64,000 bases of DNA from an uncultured Acidobacteriota bacterium. GTDB taxonomy: Bacteria > Acidobacteriota > UBA6911 > RPQK01 > JAPXNP01. The first letter of the stretch is position 1. Each line of letters begins with the position of its first letter. The translations under genes were made by a program, and so were the position numbers. Positions 1-9,652 of the stretch are shown here, one piece after another. The stretch is from positions 78,675-142,674 of the forward strand of contig CAZGEH010000003.1 of the NCBI GenBank assembly GCA_964524795.1, in the 5' to 3' direction. The notes beneath the pieces were generated by a model that was given only the letters and a program-made list of their open reading frames with translations, made no database searches and had not been told where the DNA came from.

Positions 1-887
1 TCAGACAACTGGGCCTGCCGGACTCGGAGTGCAGCCTGCAACGCTGGCATGAGCTGGTCGACATCATCAACCACCCCGTGGATGAGGTGACGATCGGCAT
101 CGTCGGCAAGTACGTCGAGTACGAAGACTCCTATAAGAGCCTGCGGGAGGCCCTGATCCACGGCGGATTCCCCACCCGGACCAAGGTCCGCCTGCACTGG
201 ATCGAGTCGGAAGGCCTGGTGGGCGACCGCTGGCAGGAAAGCCTGCGCGCCGTGGACGGAATCCTCGTGCCGGGAGGGTTCGGAGCCCGGGGCGTCGAAG
301 GCATGATCCGGGCAATCACCTTCGCCCGGGTGGAGAAGGTTCCGTATTTCGGGATCTGCCTGGGCATGCAGACCGCAGTCATCGAGTACGCCCGCAACGT
401 GTGCTCGCTCGACGCCAACAGCTCCGAGTTCGATCCCTCCGCGCCGCACCGGGTCATCTACAAACTCAGGGAACTGTTGGGTGTGGAGGAGATGGGCGGG
501 ACCATGCGGCTGGGTGCCTATCCCTGCATCCTGGAAGAAGGCTCGCTGGCTCACCGCATCTACGGGGTGCGCGAGATCTCGGAACGCCATCGCCACCGCT
601 ACGAATTCAACCGGGAATACGAGGACATCCTCGTCAGCTATGGCCTGAAGCTCTCCGGAAACTCCCCCGACCGGAACTTCGTGGAAATCGTGGAGCTGGA
701 AAATCACCCCTGGTTCCTGGGCTGCCAGTTCCACCCCGAGTTCAAGTCCAAGCCGCTCAAGCCGCACCCCCTGTTCGTGTCCTTTATCGAAGCGGCACTC
801 CAGTACAAGAAGCGCCGCGCGGTGCCGCTGACCGCCTACCAGGAGTCGATGCCCGAAGGTTCCCGTCTCCCGGTGCCCGGCCGGTAG
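1..887 (+). CDS. pyrG: CTP synthase, C-terminal glutamine-amidotransferase part (5'-truncated by window edge)
   Basis: The frame enters from upstream of the window (codons from position 3). Translation ...LGLPDSECSLQRWHELVDIINHPVDEVTIGIVGKYVEYEDSYKSLREAL...GICLGMQ...HPEF... is the characteristic PyrG GATase domain with the catalytic Cys in GICLGMQ. Stop at 885-887. Confidence 0.95.
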   Translation, partial: RQLGLPDSECSLQRWHELVDIINHPVDEVTIGIVGKYVEYEDSYKSLREALIHGGFPTRTKVRLHWIESEGLVGDRWQESLRAVDGILVPGGFGARGVEGMIRAITFARVEKVPYFGICLGMQTAVIEYARNVCSLDANSSEFDPSAPHRVIYKLRELLGVEEMGGTMRLGAYPCILEEGSLAHRIYGVREISERHRHRYEFNREYEDILVSYGLKLSGNSPDRNFVEIVELENHPWFLGCQFHPEFKSKPLKPHPLFVSFIEAALQYKKRRAVPLTAYQESMPEGSRLPVPGR

Positions 888-1090
888 CGCCAGCGGCCTG
901 AGCCTTGGAGTTTGCCGTCCACTGCGCCGCTCGCGTTCCTAGGGAGGAGGTAACGGGGTAGCGAGGTAGCGGGGTTGCGGGGCTCCGCGGGGCCTTGGAG
1001 AGGGGCACGGGCAAGCGGCGCCAACCGTCCAACCCGGGCGAGACGCCCGGGCCACGGCAGGCCCCCGGGGAGCTTTCGCCTGGACTGTCT

Positions 1091-1187
1091 GGCACCCCTT
1101 CAGGCTGCCGTCCCTGTTCTTGCTCCGTCCGTCCCGGAGGTTTCCGCTGCGCTTCGACCTCCGGCTATTCTCTGGCATCCCTCCGGG
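1091..1187 (+). repeat. Copy A of a ~100-nt structured repeat (GGCACCCCTTCAGGgTGCC...CCGGAGGtttccgct.cgcttcgaCCTCCGG...CATCCCTCCGGGA)
   Basis: Near-identical sequence recurs at 55910-56005 and 57576-57672 in the same orientation. It contains two internal hairpins (GGCACCC/GGGTGCC and CCGGAGG/CCTCCGG). An upstream CCCGGGC-loop-GCCCGGG hairpin (1028-1062) is shared with copy C (57551-57575). Copy A is flanked by G-rich short tandem units (GTAGCGGGG/TAACGGGG) at 950-995 and 1190-1212. Confidence 0.6.
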
Positions 1188-1392
1188 ACGGGGGTAGCGG
1201 GGTAACGGGGTTTTCTGTGAAGGCCGCGGTGAGATGGGGTCTGGCGGACGCCGGCTCCGGCCTGCCGGGCCAGCCCCCCGCAGCGCGGCCGTCTCGACCG
1301 TGCATCACCGGTCTCACCGGCGATATCCTTGAAGTAGAGCCGGGTCCGGCGGACGGGAGACTCCGATACGCCGTCCCCGGCCGGAACCCCAG

Positions 1393-2808
1393 GTGACACA
1401 TGGTGGACTACGGCTCGTGAAGAACCCTCAGCAGCTTCAACCAGGTTGGGCGGCATCGGCCCTGATTCTCACCCTGGCCGTCGCCGCATGGTGGATCCGG
1501 TCGGCTGGCGGCGGCCCGGAACAGGATCAGACCGATCCAACCGTGTGGCTGTGGAGCGGGGCGGTCACGTCCGACAGCGCCGTGGTCAAAGCCAGGCTGC
1601 GGGACGCGGAGGCCGGCGGGCGCCTGCGCTGGCGTTCCGCCGCTTCCACCGGATGGAACACGTTGCCGGAAGCCGTGCCCGAATCCGCCGATTCCGCCGG
1701 AGTGGTCGCCTTCCGACTTCGCGGCCTGGAGCCGTCCACCGAGTACGTCTATGCCGTCGAAAGCGGTGGGCGGGAGTCGCGTCACGGCCGGTTTCGCACC
1801 TTTGCCCGTGGCCCCATGTCTTTCCGGCTGGCCTTCGGCTCATGTGCCGGAACGGGGTCCAACCACCGGATCTGGGACACCATCCTGGCCACGGATCCCA
1901 CCCTGTTCCTCCACATGGGGGATTTCCACTACGAAAACATCCGCGTGGAACGGCCTGATCTCTACCGGCGCGCCTTCGACCGGAGCCTCAGCTCGCCCCG
2001 CCAGGGTCATCTTTACCGGCAGGTTCCCGTCGCCTACATCTGGGACGACCACGACTTCGGACCCAACGATTCCGACCGGACTGCCCAGGGCAAACCGGCG
2101 GCGCTCCAAGTCTATCAGGAATATGTTCCCCACTATCCCTTGCATGGGACCGGCGGAGAGGTGGCAACCATCCAGCAGTCTTTTGATGTGGGTCGAGTGC
2201 ACTTTATCCTCACCGACGGACGCTCGGAACGATCCCCCGAAGATGAGCCGGACGGGCCGGCAAAGACCATGCTCGGACTCGCCCAGCGGGACTGGTTGCT
2301 GCACGAGCTGGAGGCAGCACGGGACCGCCCGCTGGTGGTCTGGGTGAGCGCTGTACCCTGGATCACCCGCGCCACCGCCGGCAGTTCCGACGGCTGGGAG
2401 CCTTACAGTTGGGAACGGCGCCTCATCGCCCAGCGGATCCGGGAACTCGGCCTTGCCCGGCGGATGGTGATGCTGAGCGGTGACGCCCACATGGTGGCCA
2501 TGGACGACGGAACCAACAGCAACTACGCTCCCGATGCGCCGCCCGGAGAGCATGCGTTTCCCGTGGTTCAGGCCGCTCCGCTGGACCGCTATCCGCAGAA
2601 AAAGGGCGGGCCGTACAGCCATGGCACCCATCCCCGCCGGATCTGGCTCTTCGGCCTGATCCAGGTCCAGCAGTTCGGCCTGATGGAAGTGGAAGACGAC
2701 GGTACAGTGTTGACCGTCCGGCTGACCGGCCGGGACTCCCGGGGCGCCGTGCTGGATGGCATGGAGATGACGCTGCGCTGCCAGGATGGTGTGTGCTCGG
2801 TGCAGTGA
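1393..2808 (+). CDS. PhoD-family alkaline phosphatase/phosphodiesterase
   Basis: N-terminal hydrophobic anchor (AASALILTLAVAAWWI), then PhoD-like metallophosphatase motifs (LHMGDFHYEN, YIWDDHDFGPND, SGDAHM). ORF-defined start; the true start may be an internal codon. Confidence 0.8.
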   Translation: MTHGGLRLVKNPQQLQPGWAASALILTLAVAAWWIRSAGGGPEQDQTDPTVWLWSGAVTSDSAVVKARLRDAEAGGRLRWRSAASTGWNTLPEAVPESADSAGVVAFRLRGLEPSTEYVYAVESGGRESRHGRFRTFARGPMSFRLAFGSCAGTGSNHRIWDTILATDPTLFLHMGDFHYENIRVERPDLYRRAFDRSLSSPRQGHLYRQVPVAYIWDDHDFGPNDSDRTAQGKPAALQVYQEYVPHYPLHGTGGEVATIQQSFDVGRVHFILTDGRSERSPEDEPDGPAKTMLGLAQRDWLLHELEAARDRPLVVWVSAVPWITRATAGSSDGWEPYSWERRLIAQRIRELGLARRMVMLSGDAHMVAMDDGTNSNYAPDAPPGEHAFPVVQAAPLDRYPQKKGGPYSHGTHPRRIWLFGLIQVQQFGLMEVEDDGTVLTVRLTGRDSRGAVLDGMEMTLRCQDGVCSVQ

Positions 2809-2817
2809 ACCGGCCGG

Positions 2818-3237
2818 TCACTCCCCGATCACTTTCACCAGAACCCGCTTCGGGCGGCGGCCGTCAAACTCCCCGTAGAAAATCTGTTCCCAGGGGCCGA
2901 AGTCCAGGCGGCCGGCGGTCACCGCCACCACCACCTCCCGTCCCATGATCTGGCGCTTGAGATGGGCGTCGCCATTGTCCTCACCGGTGCGGTTGTGCTG
3001 GTAGCGGGACACGGGTTCGTGGGGTGCAAGCTGCTCCAGCCAGTCGTCGTAGTCGGCCAGCAGCCCCGGCTCGTCGTCGTTGATGTAGACGGAGGCGGTG
3101 ATGTGCATGGCGTTGACCAGACAGAGACCCTCGCGGATCCCGCTGCGCCGTACCACGTCCTCCACCTGCGGGGTGATGTTCAGGTACTGGCGGCGCGTGG
3201 GAACATTGAACGTAAGGTATTCAGTCATGGATTTCAT
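2818..3237 (-). CDS. YjbQ/UPF0047-family protein (secondary thiamine-phosphate synthase-like)
   Basis: 139-aa C-terminal part of the long minus ORF, starting [29 protein letters not shown]...[16 protein letters not shown]...DNGDAHLK..., which is a YjbQ-family signature. The longer upstream in-frame extension overlaps the divergent promoter region and is judged non-coding. Confidence 0.75.
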   Translation of the reverse strand: MKSMTEYLTFNVPTRRQYLNITPQVEDVVRRSGIREGLCLVNAMHITASVYINDDEPGLLADYDDWLEQLAPHEPVSRYQHNRTGEDNGDAHLKRQIMGREVVVAVTAGRLDFGPWEQIFYGEFDGRRPKRVLVKVIGE

Positions 3238-3361
3238 GGCTGCGGTCCTCCTGCAGGCTGTGGAAGTGAAGGCCCCTCTGGGCTGACCATCGGCCAGCAT
3301 GCAAGTCTGCCGGTGAGGATAGCAGGGGGCGGCGGGTGCTTGACAAGACGGGCCTGCAGTA

Positions 3362-3389
3362 GGAAACTCTAGAAACCATATGAGTTTCC
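3362..3389. promoter_or_regulatory. Perfect 8-bp inverted repeat GGAAACTC-N12-GAGTTTCC overlapping the TetR start codon; putative TetR operator/autoregulatory site
   Basis: Palindrome read directly from the sequence; TTGACA lies at 3341-3346. It sits in the divergent interval between the yjbQ-like gene and the TetR gene, a typical operator position for TetR family repressors. Confidence 0.45.
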
Positions 3390-4072
3390 AAAGTGTCGGC
3401 GAGGACCCGGTTCGCAGCCGCATCCGGGATGCAGCCCGGCAGCGATTCTTCGAGCTGGGCCCGGGACGGGTCACCATGGACGACCTGGCCGGCGAACTGG
3501 GGATCAGCAAGAAGACCCTGTACCGGCATTTCCGGGACAAGCACACCCTGCTGCGCGAAGCCCTGTTCAGTGAGACCGACCGGGTGTTTTCCCAGGTGGC
3601 CGCCATCGTCCAGGATCCGTCTGCGGGAGGCGTCCAGAAGATCGCGGCGCTGGTCCATTTTGTCGGCACGGAGGGGCCGCGCCCCAGCCGGGCCTTCCTG
3701 AACGACATCCTGAAAACCGCCCCCGAGCTGTGGGCGGAGCTGGAACACCGCCGGCGCCAGGTGCTGCGGGACCAGTTCGGTACTCTCTTCCAACAGGCGC
3801 GCCGGGAAGGACATCTGCGGCAGGACGTGCATCCTGACCTGCTGGTGCCTGCGGTTCTGGCCCTGATCGACTCTTTGGTCAACCCGCGGACGCTGGCCGA
3901 GCTGCCCCTGACCGCCGGTCAGGCCATTCGAGAACTGCTGCGGCTGGTAGCCCTGGGAATTCTGTCGGCGGAAGGCAGAGAGGCCTTTCTCAGGACCGAC
4001 GCCGCCGGCGTCGGGCCGGACTCCTTGACCGGCCACCCCGGCAGCCGTCCGGGAAATGAAGCGGAAAGGTAA
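3380..4072 (+). CDS. TetR/AcrR-family transcriptional regulator
   Basis: N-terminal HTH ([45 protein letters not shown]) typical of TetR; first gene of a co-directional efflux operon. Confidence 0.85.
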   Translation: MSFQSVGEDPVRSRIRDAARQRFFELGPGRVTMDDLAGELGISKKTLYRHFRDKHTLLREALFSETDRVFSQVAAIVQDPSAGGVQKIAALVHFVGTEGPRPSRAFLNDILKTAPELWAELEHRRRQVLRDQFGTLFQQARREGHLRQDVHPDLLVPAVLALIDSLVNPRTLAELPLTAGQAIRELLRLVALGILSAEGREAFLRTDAAGVGPDSLTGHPGSRPGNEAER

Positions 4073-4077
4073 GCAAC

Positions 4078-5391
4078 ATGCGCCTTCTCTTGACCCTGTC
4101 CTGCTGGATCCTGACTGTGCTGCCGATAATGGCGCAGGCGTCCCGCCCGCTGAGCCTGCGGGAAGCGGTCCGCCTGGCAGTGGAGGGTGGCGACGTCCGC
4201 GTGCGCCTTGCCCGCGAACAGACCCACCTGGAGGAGAGCCGGGCCGCCCAGGCCCGCTCCGCTCTGCTGCCGCATCTGTACGGCGATCTGAGCGCCCGGC
4301 GTCAGACCGTCAACCTGGAGGCGTTGGGTCTTCGACCCTCCGGGCTTTTCCAGCCACCCACCCTGGTAGGCCCTTTCGGCACGGTGGATGCCCGCGCCGA
4401 GATCAGGCAATCGGTGTTCGACCTGGGTGACTTCAGACGGTTTCGGGCGGCGCGGACCGGCGTCGAGGCCTCCCAGCTCGAGGCGGAAGACCAGGCGGAG
4501 CAGGCGGCCCAGGCGGCAGCCGAAACCTACCTTGAAGCCCTGCGGGCCCGTGCCTCCTGGCGGACCGCCCAGGCTTCCGTCGAGCTGGCCCGGGAGCTGC
4601 TGGGACTGGCCCAGGAGCGCAAAGACGCTGGCACCGGCACCGGGATCGAGGTGACCCGCGCCCAGGTCCAGCTCTCCCGGGAAGAACAGAATCTGCTGCT
4701 GGCGGAGTACACCTGGCGGAATGCCCTGCTCCGACTGAAGCGCCTTGTCGGGATCGACCTGGGAGAGCCGCTGGAGCTGACCGATGAACTGGGCCGGACG
4801 ATCCACCGGCTCAACATGGAGGAGGCCATGGATGTGGCCCACACCCACCGGCCCGATCTGCAGGCGCAGCGGCTGCGGGTGGAGGCCGCCCGGACCGCCT
4901 GGGAAGCCGCCCGGGCGGACCGGTTTCCTTCGCTGGCGGCGGTCGCCAACTACGGAACCATCGGATCGGCTGTCGGGGACACGATCCCCACCTGGACGGC
5001 CGGTCTTGCCCTTGAACTCCCCATCTTCGACGGCGGGTTGACCGATGCCCGGCGGGGAGAAAAGGCGGCGGCCTGGCGGGCCGAGCAGATCCGCCTGCAG
5101 GACCTGGAGCGCCAAGTCGAGCTGGAGATCCGCCTCGCGCTTTCCGCCGTGACGCTGGCCGAAGGGGAGGTGGGAGTGGCGGATCGCACAGTGGATCAGG
5201 TGACCCGGGAGCTGGAACAGGCCCGGCGCCGATACGGCGCCGGCGTCACCACCAGCCTGGAAATCACCGACGCCCAGACCCGCCTGCACGAGGCCGAAGA
5301 AGCTCGGGTATTGGCTCTCTACCGCTTCAATCTGGCCCGCATTCAACTGGCGGCTGCCGTGGGCAGCCTGCGAAAGGAGCTTCTGCCGTGA
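4078..5391 (+). CDS. TolC-family outer-membrane efflux protein
   Basis: Signal peptide MRLLLTLSCWILTVLPIMAQA, followed by the duplicated coiled-coil/beta-barrel OEP architecture (two repeats with ...LE..R..A.. and YTWRNALLRL...). 4-nt overlap with the next gene. Confidence 0.8.
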   Translation: MRLLLTLSCWILTVLPIMAQASRPLSLREAVRLAVEGGDVRVRLAREQTHLEESRAAQARSALLPHLYGDLSARRQTVNLEALGLRPSGLFQPPTLVGPFGTVDARAEIRQSVFDLGDFRRFRAARTGVEASQLEAEDQAEQAAQAAAETYLEALRARASWRTAQASVELARELLGLAQERKDAGTGTGIEVTRAQVQLSREEQNLLLAEYTWRNALLRLKRLVGIDLGEPLELTDELGRTIHRLNMEEAMDVAHTHRPDLQAQRLRVEAARTAWEAARADRFPSLAAVANYGTIGSAVGDTIPTWTAGLALELPIFDGGLTDARRGEKAAAWRAEQIRLQDLERQVELEIRLALSAVTLAEGEVGVADRTVDQVTRELEQARRRYGAGVTTSLEITDAQTRLHEAEEARVLALYRFNLARIQLAAAVGSLRKELLP

Positions 5392-6608
5392 CGCTCAACC
5401 GCGCGCGTTTCGCCGTGATCCCAGTGGTCCTGTTGCTCCTCCTCGCCCTCTGGTGGTGGAGGAACACGGACGGCTCCGAGTCCGGACTGGAGTTCTCGGG
5501 CAACATCGAGGCCACCGAGATCGACATCGCCTTCAAGACCTCAGGGCGGATCGTGGAGCTGCTGGCCGATGAAGGCGACCAGGTGGAAGCCGGAAAACTG
5601 TTGGCCCGGCTCGATGAAGATCAGCTCCGGGCGCAGCAGCGGGAGATTCTCGCCCAGTTGGAGGGGCTCCGCTCGCGCGAACGGGAACTGCATGCCCTGA
5701 TCCGGCTCCAGGAAGAGAACCTGGACGCCCAGTTGCAGCTCCGGCAGGCCGAGAAGCGACAGGCGGAAGCCCTGCTGGACCAGCTCCAGGAAGGCAGCCG
5801 GCGCCAGGAGGTCGAGCAGGCCCGGGCGGCGGTTGAGGCCGCCCAAGCGGAGGAGTTCCGGGCGCGCTCGGACTGGGAACGGGCCCAGACGCTGTTCGCC
5901 GCGGAGGATATCTCGGCGGCCCAGCGTGACCAGGCGGAGTCCGCCTGGAAACGGGCGCGGGCCGAACTGGCCCGGGCGGAGGAGCAGCTCGCGCTGGTTC
6001 AGGAGGGTCCCCGCCGGCAGGACCTGGAGGCGGCCCAGGCCGGGGTTGCCAAAGCGGAAGCAGCCCTGCGTCAGGCGTCGGCCCAGGGATTGGACATCGC
6101 TCGCAGCCGCCAGGCCCTGCAGACGCTGGCCGCGGAGGCCGAGGCCTTGCAGGCCCGGCTGGCCCAGGTGGAAAGCCGCCTGGCGGACTGCCAGGTGACC
6201 GCGCCCATGGACGGTATCGTGCTCAAGCGGACGGCGGAGCCGGGGGAGATCGTGGCGCCTGGAACTCCGGTGATGACGTTGGGTGACCTGTCCCGTCCCT
6301 GGGTTCGAGGCTATGTGCCCGCGGCTCGGCTGGGGCAGGTCAAACTGGGTGACCGCGTTGAGATCCGGACCGATTCCTATCCGGACCGGGTCTATGAGGG
6401 AAGGGTGGTATTCATCTCCGACCAGGCCGAGTTTACCCCCAAGCAGATCGAGACCCGGGAGGAGCGGGTCAGGCTGGTGTACCGGATCAAGGTGGACGTG
6501 GCCAATCCCCACCAGGAACTGAAGCTGAACATGCCGGTGGATGCCCGGATCCAGCTTGCCGGCCGGGGAACTTCCGGAATCCAGGGAGAAGGGGGAGGGA
6601 ACCGGTGA
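5388..6608 (+). CDS. HlyD-family membrane-fusion (periplasmic adaptor) protein
   Basis: N-terminal TM, long Q/E/A/R-rich coiled coil, C-terminal beta domain (ITAPMDGIVLKR...GEIVAPGTPVMTLGDL). Start overlaps the TolC-like stop (ATGA-type coupling). Confidence 0.8.
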   Translation: MTLNRARFAVIPVVLLLLLALWWWRNTDGSESGLEFSGNIEATEIDIAFKTSGRIVELLADEGDQVEAGKLLARLDEDQLRAQQREILAQLEGLRSRERELHALIRLQEENLDAQLQLRQAEKRQAEALLDQLQEGSRRQEVEQARAAVEAAQAEEFRARSDWERAQTLFAAEDISAAQRDQAESAWKRARAELARAEEQLALVQEGPRRQDLEAAQAGVAKAEAALRQASAQGLDIARSRQALQTLAAEAEALQARLAQVESRLADCQVTAPMDGIVLKRTAEPGEIVAPGTPVMTLGDLSRPWVRGYVPAARLGQVKLGDRVEIRTDSYPDRVYEGRVVFISDQAEFTPKQIETREERVRLVYRIKVDVANPHQELKLNMPVDARIQLAGRGTSGIQGEGGGNR

Positions 6609-7597
6609 ATCCGAGGGCAGACACACCCGTTTTCCCGGGTACTCCACCGAACCCGCAGGCACCGGCGGTCGAAGCGGTGGGGCTGACCCGGCGCTTCGGG
6701 CCGGTGACCGCGGTGGCGGGACTCGACCTCACGGTCAGCCGCGGTGAGATTTTCGGGCTGGTGGGTCCGGACGGAGCGGGCAAGACCACGGTGATGAGGT
6801 TGCTGTGCGGTCTGCTGAACCCCGACGGGGGCCAGGTGACAGTCGGCGGCCGGGATGTCTCCTCGGACCCGGCGGGAGTCCGCGACCGGATCGGATACAT
6901 GCCCCAGCGATTCGGCCTCTATCTGGACCTAACGGTGGAGGAGAACCTGGACTTCTACGCCGATCTGTTCGGGGTCGGCGACCCGTTGCGCGGCGAGCTG
7001 ACGGAACGGTTGCTGAGGATGACCCGGATGTCCGCTTTCCGGCGCCGGCCCGCCGGACAGCTCTCGGGCGGCATGAAACAGAAACTGGGGCTGATGTGCG
7101 CGCTGCTGCACCAGCCCGAGGTGCTGTTCCTGGATGAACCGACCAACGGGGTCGATCCGATCTCCCGGAGGGACTTCTGGGTCATTCTTTACGAACTGGT
7201 CAAGGGGGGGCTGACCGTTGTGTTGTCCACCGCGTACCTGGATGAAGCCGAACGTTGCAACCGCGTAGGGCTGATGTACCGGGGCAGACTGGCGGCCTGT
7301 GACTCGCCGGGGAAACTGGGGCGGCACGTGGAGGAGCCCTGTGTCGCGGTCCGGACCTCGGACCAGCGCCGGGCACGGGAGCTGCTGCAGACCACCCCGG
7401 GAATCCTGGCGGTGATTCCAGCGGGAGCGTGGTTGCACGTGTTCGCCACCCCTGAACTGGTGGAGACGGAGGAGCTGGGCCGGCGTCTGGCGGGCCTGGA
7501 TCCGGTGGAGGTGGAGCCGATCCGGCCTTCCGTGGAGGACCTTTTCATCGCCCTGGTGCGGAAGCAGGAGCTGAGACATGGCCACGCCCGCGGTTGA
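6605..7597 (+). CDS. ABC transporter ATP-binding protein (first of two)
   Basis: Walker A GPDGAGKTT, signature LSGGMKQKLGL, Walker B LLFLDEPT. Confidence 0.9.
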   Translation: MNPRADTPVFPGTPPNPQAPAVEAVGLTRRFGPVTAVAGLDLTVSRGEIFGLVGPDGAGKTTVMRLLCGLLNPDGGQVTVGGRDVSSDPAGVRDRIGYMPQRFGLYLDLTVEENLDFYADLFGVGDPLRGELTERLLRMTRMSAFRRRPAGQLSGGMKQKLGLMCALLHQPEVLFLDEPTNGVDPISRRDFWVILYELVKGGLTVVLSTAYLDEAERCNRVGLMYRGRLAACDSPGKLGRHVEEPCVAVRTSDQRRARELLQTTPGILAVIPAGAWLHVFATPELVETEELGRRLAGLDPVEVEPIRPSVEDLFIALVRKQELRHGHARG

Positions 7598-8522
7598 AAC
7601 AGTGGAACTGACCCGGCGTTTCGGCTCCTTCACCGCCGTGGACCGGGTGTCGCTGACGGTCCAGCAGGGGGAGATCTTCGGTTTCCTCGGTTCCAACGGG
7701 GCGGGGAAGTCGACCACCATCCGGATGCTCTGTGGACTGCTGCAGCCCACCTCCGGCCAGGCGCGGGTGGGTGGGTTCGATGTCTACCGGGAACCGGAGA
7801 AGATCAAGCAAAGCATCGGTTACATGTCCCAGCGGTTCTCGTTGTACGACGAACTGTCGGTGGAGGAGAACCTGGACTTCTTCGCCGGGGTCTATAGCGT
7901 CCCCAGCCGGCTGCGGGAGGCGCGCAAGAACGAGCTCCTCGAAGAAATGGGCTTGCGGGAAATGCGGCGGCGCAGCACCTCCGTGCTGCCGGGCGGCCTC
8001 AAGCAGCGGCTGGCGCTGGCCTGCGCCGTGCTTCATGAACCGCCGATCCTGTTTCTGGATGAGCCGACCTCGGGCGTGGATCCGGCGGCCCGCCGGGAGT
8101 TCTGGGACCTCATCTACCGGCTGGCCGAAGCCGGGCGCACGGTGTTCGTCACCACCCACTATATGGACGAGGCCGAGTACTGCGGCCGGCTGGCCCTGAT
8201 GGACGCCGGACGCGTCATCGCCCTCGACAGCCCTGACGGGCTGCGCCGCGGTCTGGCCGGGGAACACTTCATTCAGCTTGAGGTCAGCGATGTGCTGCAG
8301 GCGGTGCGGGCAACCGCCGACCTTCCGGGTGTTCGGGATGCCGCCATCTTCGGCGGGGGGATCCGGCTGCGGGTGGCCGACCCGGAACAGGCCGCCCGGC
8401 AACTTCCGCCCTTGCTGGCGTCGCGGGGAATCGCGGTACTGGACATCGGGCAGGTGGAGCCGGGCATCGAAGATGTCTTCGTGCTGAAAGTGGAAACCGA
8501 ACGGCGGCGGGAGGGATCGTGA
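7578..8522 (+). CDS. ABC transporter ATP-binding protein (second of two)
   Basis: Walker A GSNGAGKSTT, signature LPGGLKQRLALA, Walker B ILFLDEPTSG. Together with the preceding gene this resembles the split halves of a YbhF-type tandem ATPase. Confidence 0.9.
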   Translation: MATPAVETVELTRRFGSFTAVDRVSLTVQQGEIFGFLGSNGAGKSTTIRMLCGLLQPTSGQARVGGFDVYREPEKIKQSIGYMSQRFSLYDELSVEENLDFFAGVYSVPSRLREARKNELLEEMGLREMRRRSTSVLPGGLKQRLALACAVLHEPPILFLDEPTSGVDPAARREFWDLIYRLAEAGRTVFVTTHYMDEAEYCGRLALMDAGRVIALDSPDGLRRGLAGEHFIQLEVSDVLQAVRATADLPGVRDAAIFGGGIRLRVADPEQAARQLPPLLASRGIAVLDIGQVEPGIEDVFVLKVETERRREGS

Positions 8523-9652
8523 AGCGGCGGCGTCTGCGGGCGATAGCCCGCAAGGAATTCCTGCACATCCTGAGGGATCCGCGCAGCCTGATCATGGCTT
8601 TGGCTCTGCCGCTGGTCATGCTGGCGCTGTTCGGCTGGGCCTTGACGTTGGATGTAGACCGGATCCCGTTGGCAGTACTCGATCTGTCCCGGACCGGCGA
8701 AAGCCGTGAGCTGGTCTCGCGCTTCGAGGGTTCCCGATTTTTCACCGTCGAGGCGGTGGTATCCAGCTATGCCGAACTGGAGAACCTGCTGGACCGCAGT
8801 GTCTGCCTGGCGGCACTGGTGATCCCGCCGGATTTCGCCCGCGACCTGGAGCGGGGACGCGAAGCGCAGGCCCAGTTCATCCTGGACGGCAGCGACTCCA
8901 ACACCGCGTCCATCGCCCTCGGCTACGCCCAGGCCCTGTTCGGCGCTTACAGCCGCGGGCAACTGGAGGGCATCGTCCGCAGTCGAGTCGGGTTCATGCC
9001 CGAGCAGCCGCTGCGTTTGGAATCGAGGGTCCGCTACAACCCTCGCCTTCTGTCCAAGAACTACATCGTACCCGGTCTCGTGGCGGTGATCCTGATGATC
9101 ATCGCCTCGTTGCTGACCTCGTTGACCATCGCCCGGGAATGGGAGATGGGGACCATGGAGTTGCTGCTGTCCACTCCGGTTCGCCCGGCCGAGCTGGTCC
9201 TGGGCAAAATGACGGCCTACCTGGTGCTGGGTGCGGCGGACACCATCCTGGCCGTGGTTTTCGGCGTGGTGGTGTTCCAGGTGCCGATGAAAGGCAGCGT
9301 GATTCTGGCGGCGTTGAGCTGCTTCGTGTTTCTGTGCGGAGCCCTGTGCTGGGGGATCCTGCTGTCGGCGTTGGTCCGCAATCAGCTTCTGGCGTACCAG
9401 TTGGGAATGCTCAGCTCGTTTCTGCCGGCGTTCCTGCTTTCCGGCTTCATCTTTGCGGTGGAGAAAATGCCGCTGCCGGTGCGCCTGTTCTCCAGCCTGA
9501 TCCCTGCCACACATTTCATCGCCCTGCTGCGGGGGATCTTCCTGAAGGGCGTCGGACTCGAAGTGGTGGGCGGGGCGTTGTTGCTGCTTTCAGTTTTCGC
9601 CCTGGTGGTTTTTGCCGCCGCCACCCGGCGGCTGAAAGGAAAGATCTCCTGA
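8519..9652 (+). CDS. ABC-2 family permease (YbhS/YbhR-like)
   Basis: N-terminal cytosolic segment, a large periplasmic loop, then a C-terminal cluster of TM helices (ABC-2 type). Start overlaps the upstream stop by 4 nt. Confidence 0.8.
   Translation: MKRRRLRAIARKEFLHILRDPRSLIMALALPLVMLALFGWALTLDVDRIPLAVLDLSRTGESRELVSRFEGSRFFTVEAVVSSYAELENLLDRSVCLAALVIPPDFARDLERGREAQAQFILDGSDSNTASIALGYAQALFGAYSRGQLEGIVRSRVGFMPEQPLRLESRVRYNPRLLSKNYIVPGLVAVILMIIASLLTSLTIAREWEMGTMELLLSTPVRPAELVLGKMTAYLVLGAADTILAVVFGVVVFQVPMKGSVILAALSCFVFLCGALCWGILLSALVRNQLLAYQLGMLSSFLPAFLLSGFIFAVEKMPLPVRLFSSLIPATHFIALLRGIFLKGVGLEVVGGALLLLSVFALVVFAAATRRLKGKIS

Noticed and set aside
939-1178. Minus-strand ORFs across the three repeat copies (939..1178, part of 55344..56264, 57442..57663) translate to similar peptides (MPE[NS]SRRSKRSGNLR[DN]GR...LKGCQ), suggesting a small conserved protein.
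   Set aside because: The similarity is explained by nucleotide identity of the repeat. Differences between copies include non-conservative changes and frame-independent indels. There is no RBS, and the peptides are low-complexity Arg/Ser/Gly typical of high-GC antisense frames. Treated as a non-coding repeat.
9139-9651. Long in-frame upstream extension of the second ABC-2 permease (ORF 9139..10779, 546 aa).
   Set aside because: The extension is the +1-frame read of the first permease gene. The true start is the ATG overlapping the upstream stop (TGATG at 9650-9654), as expected for translational coupling.
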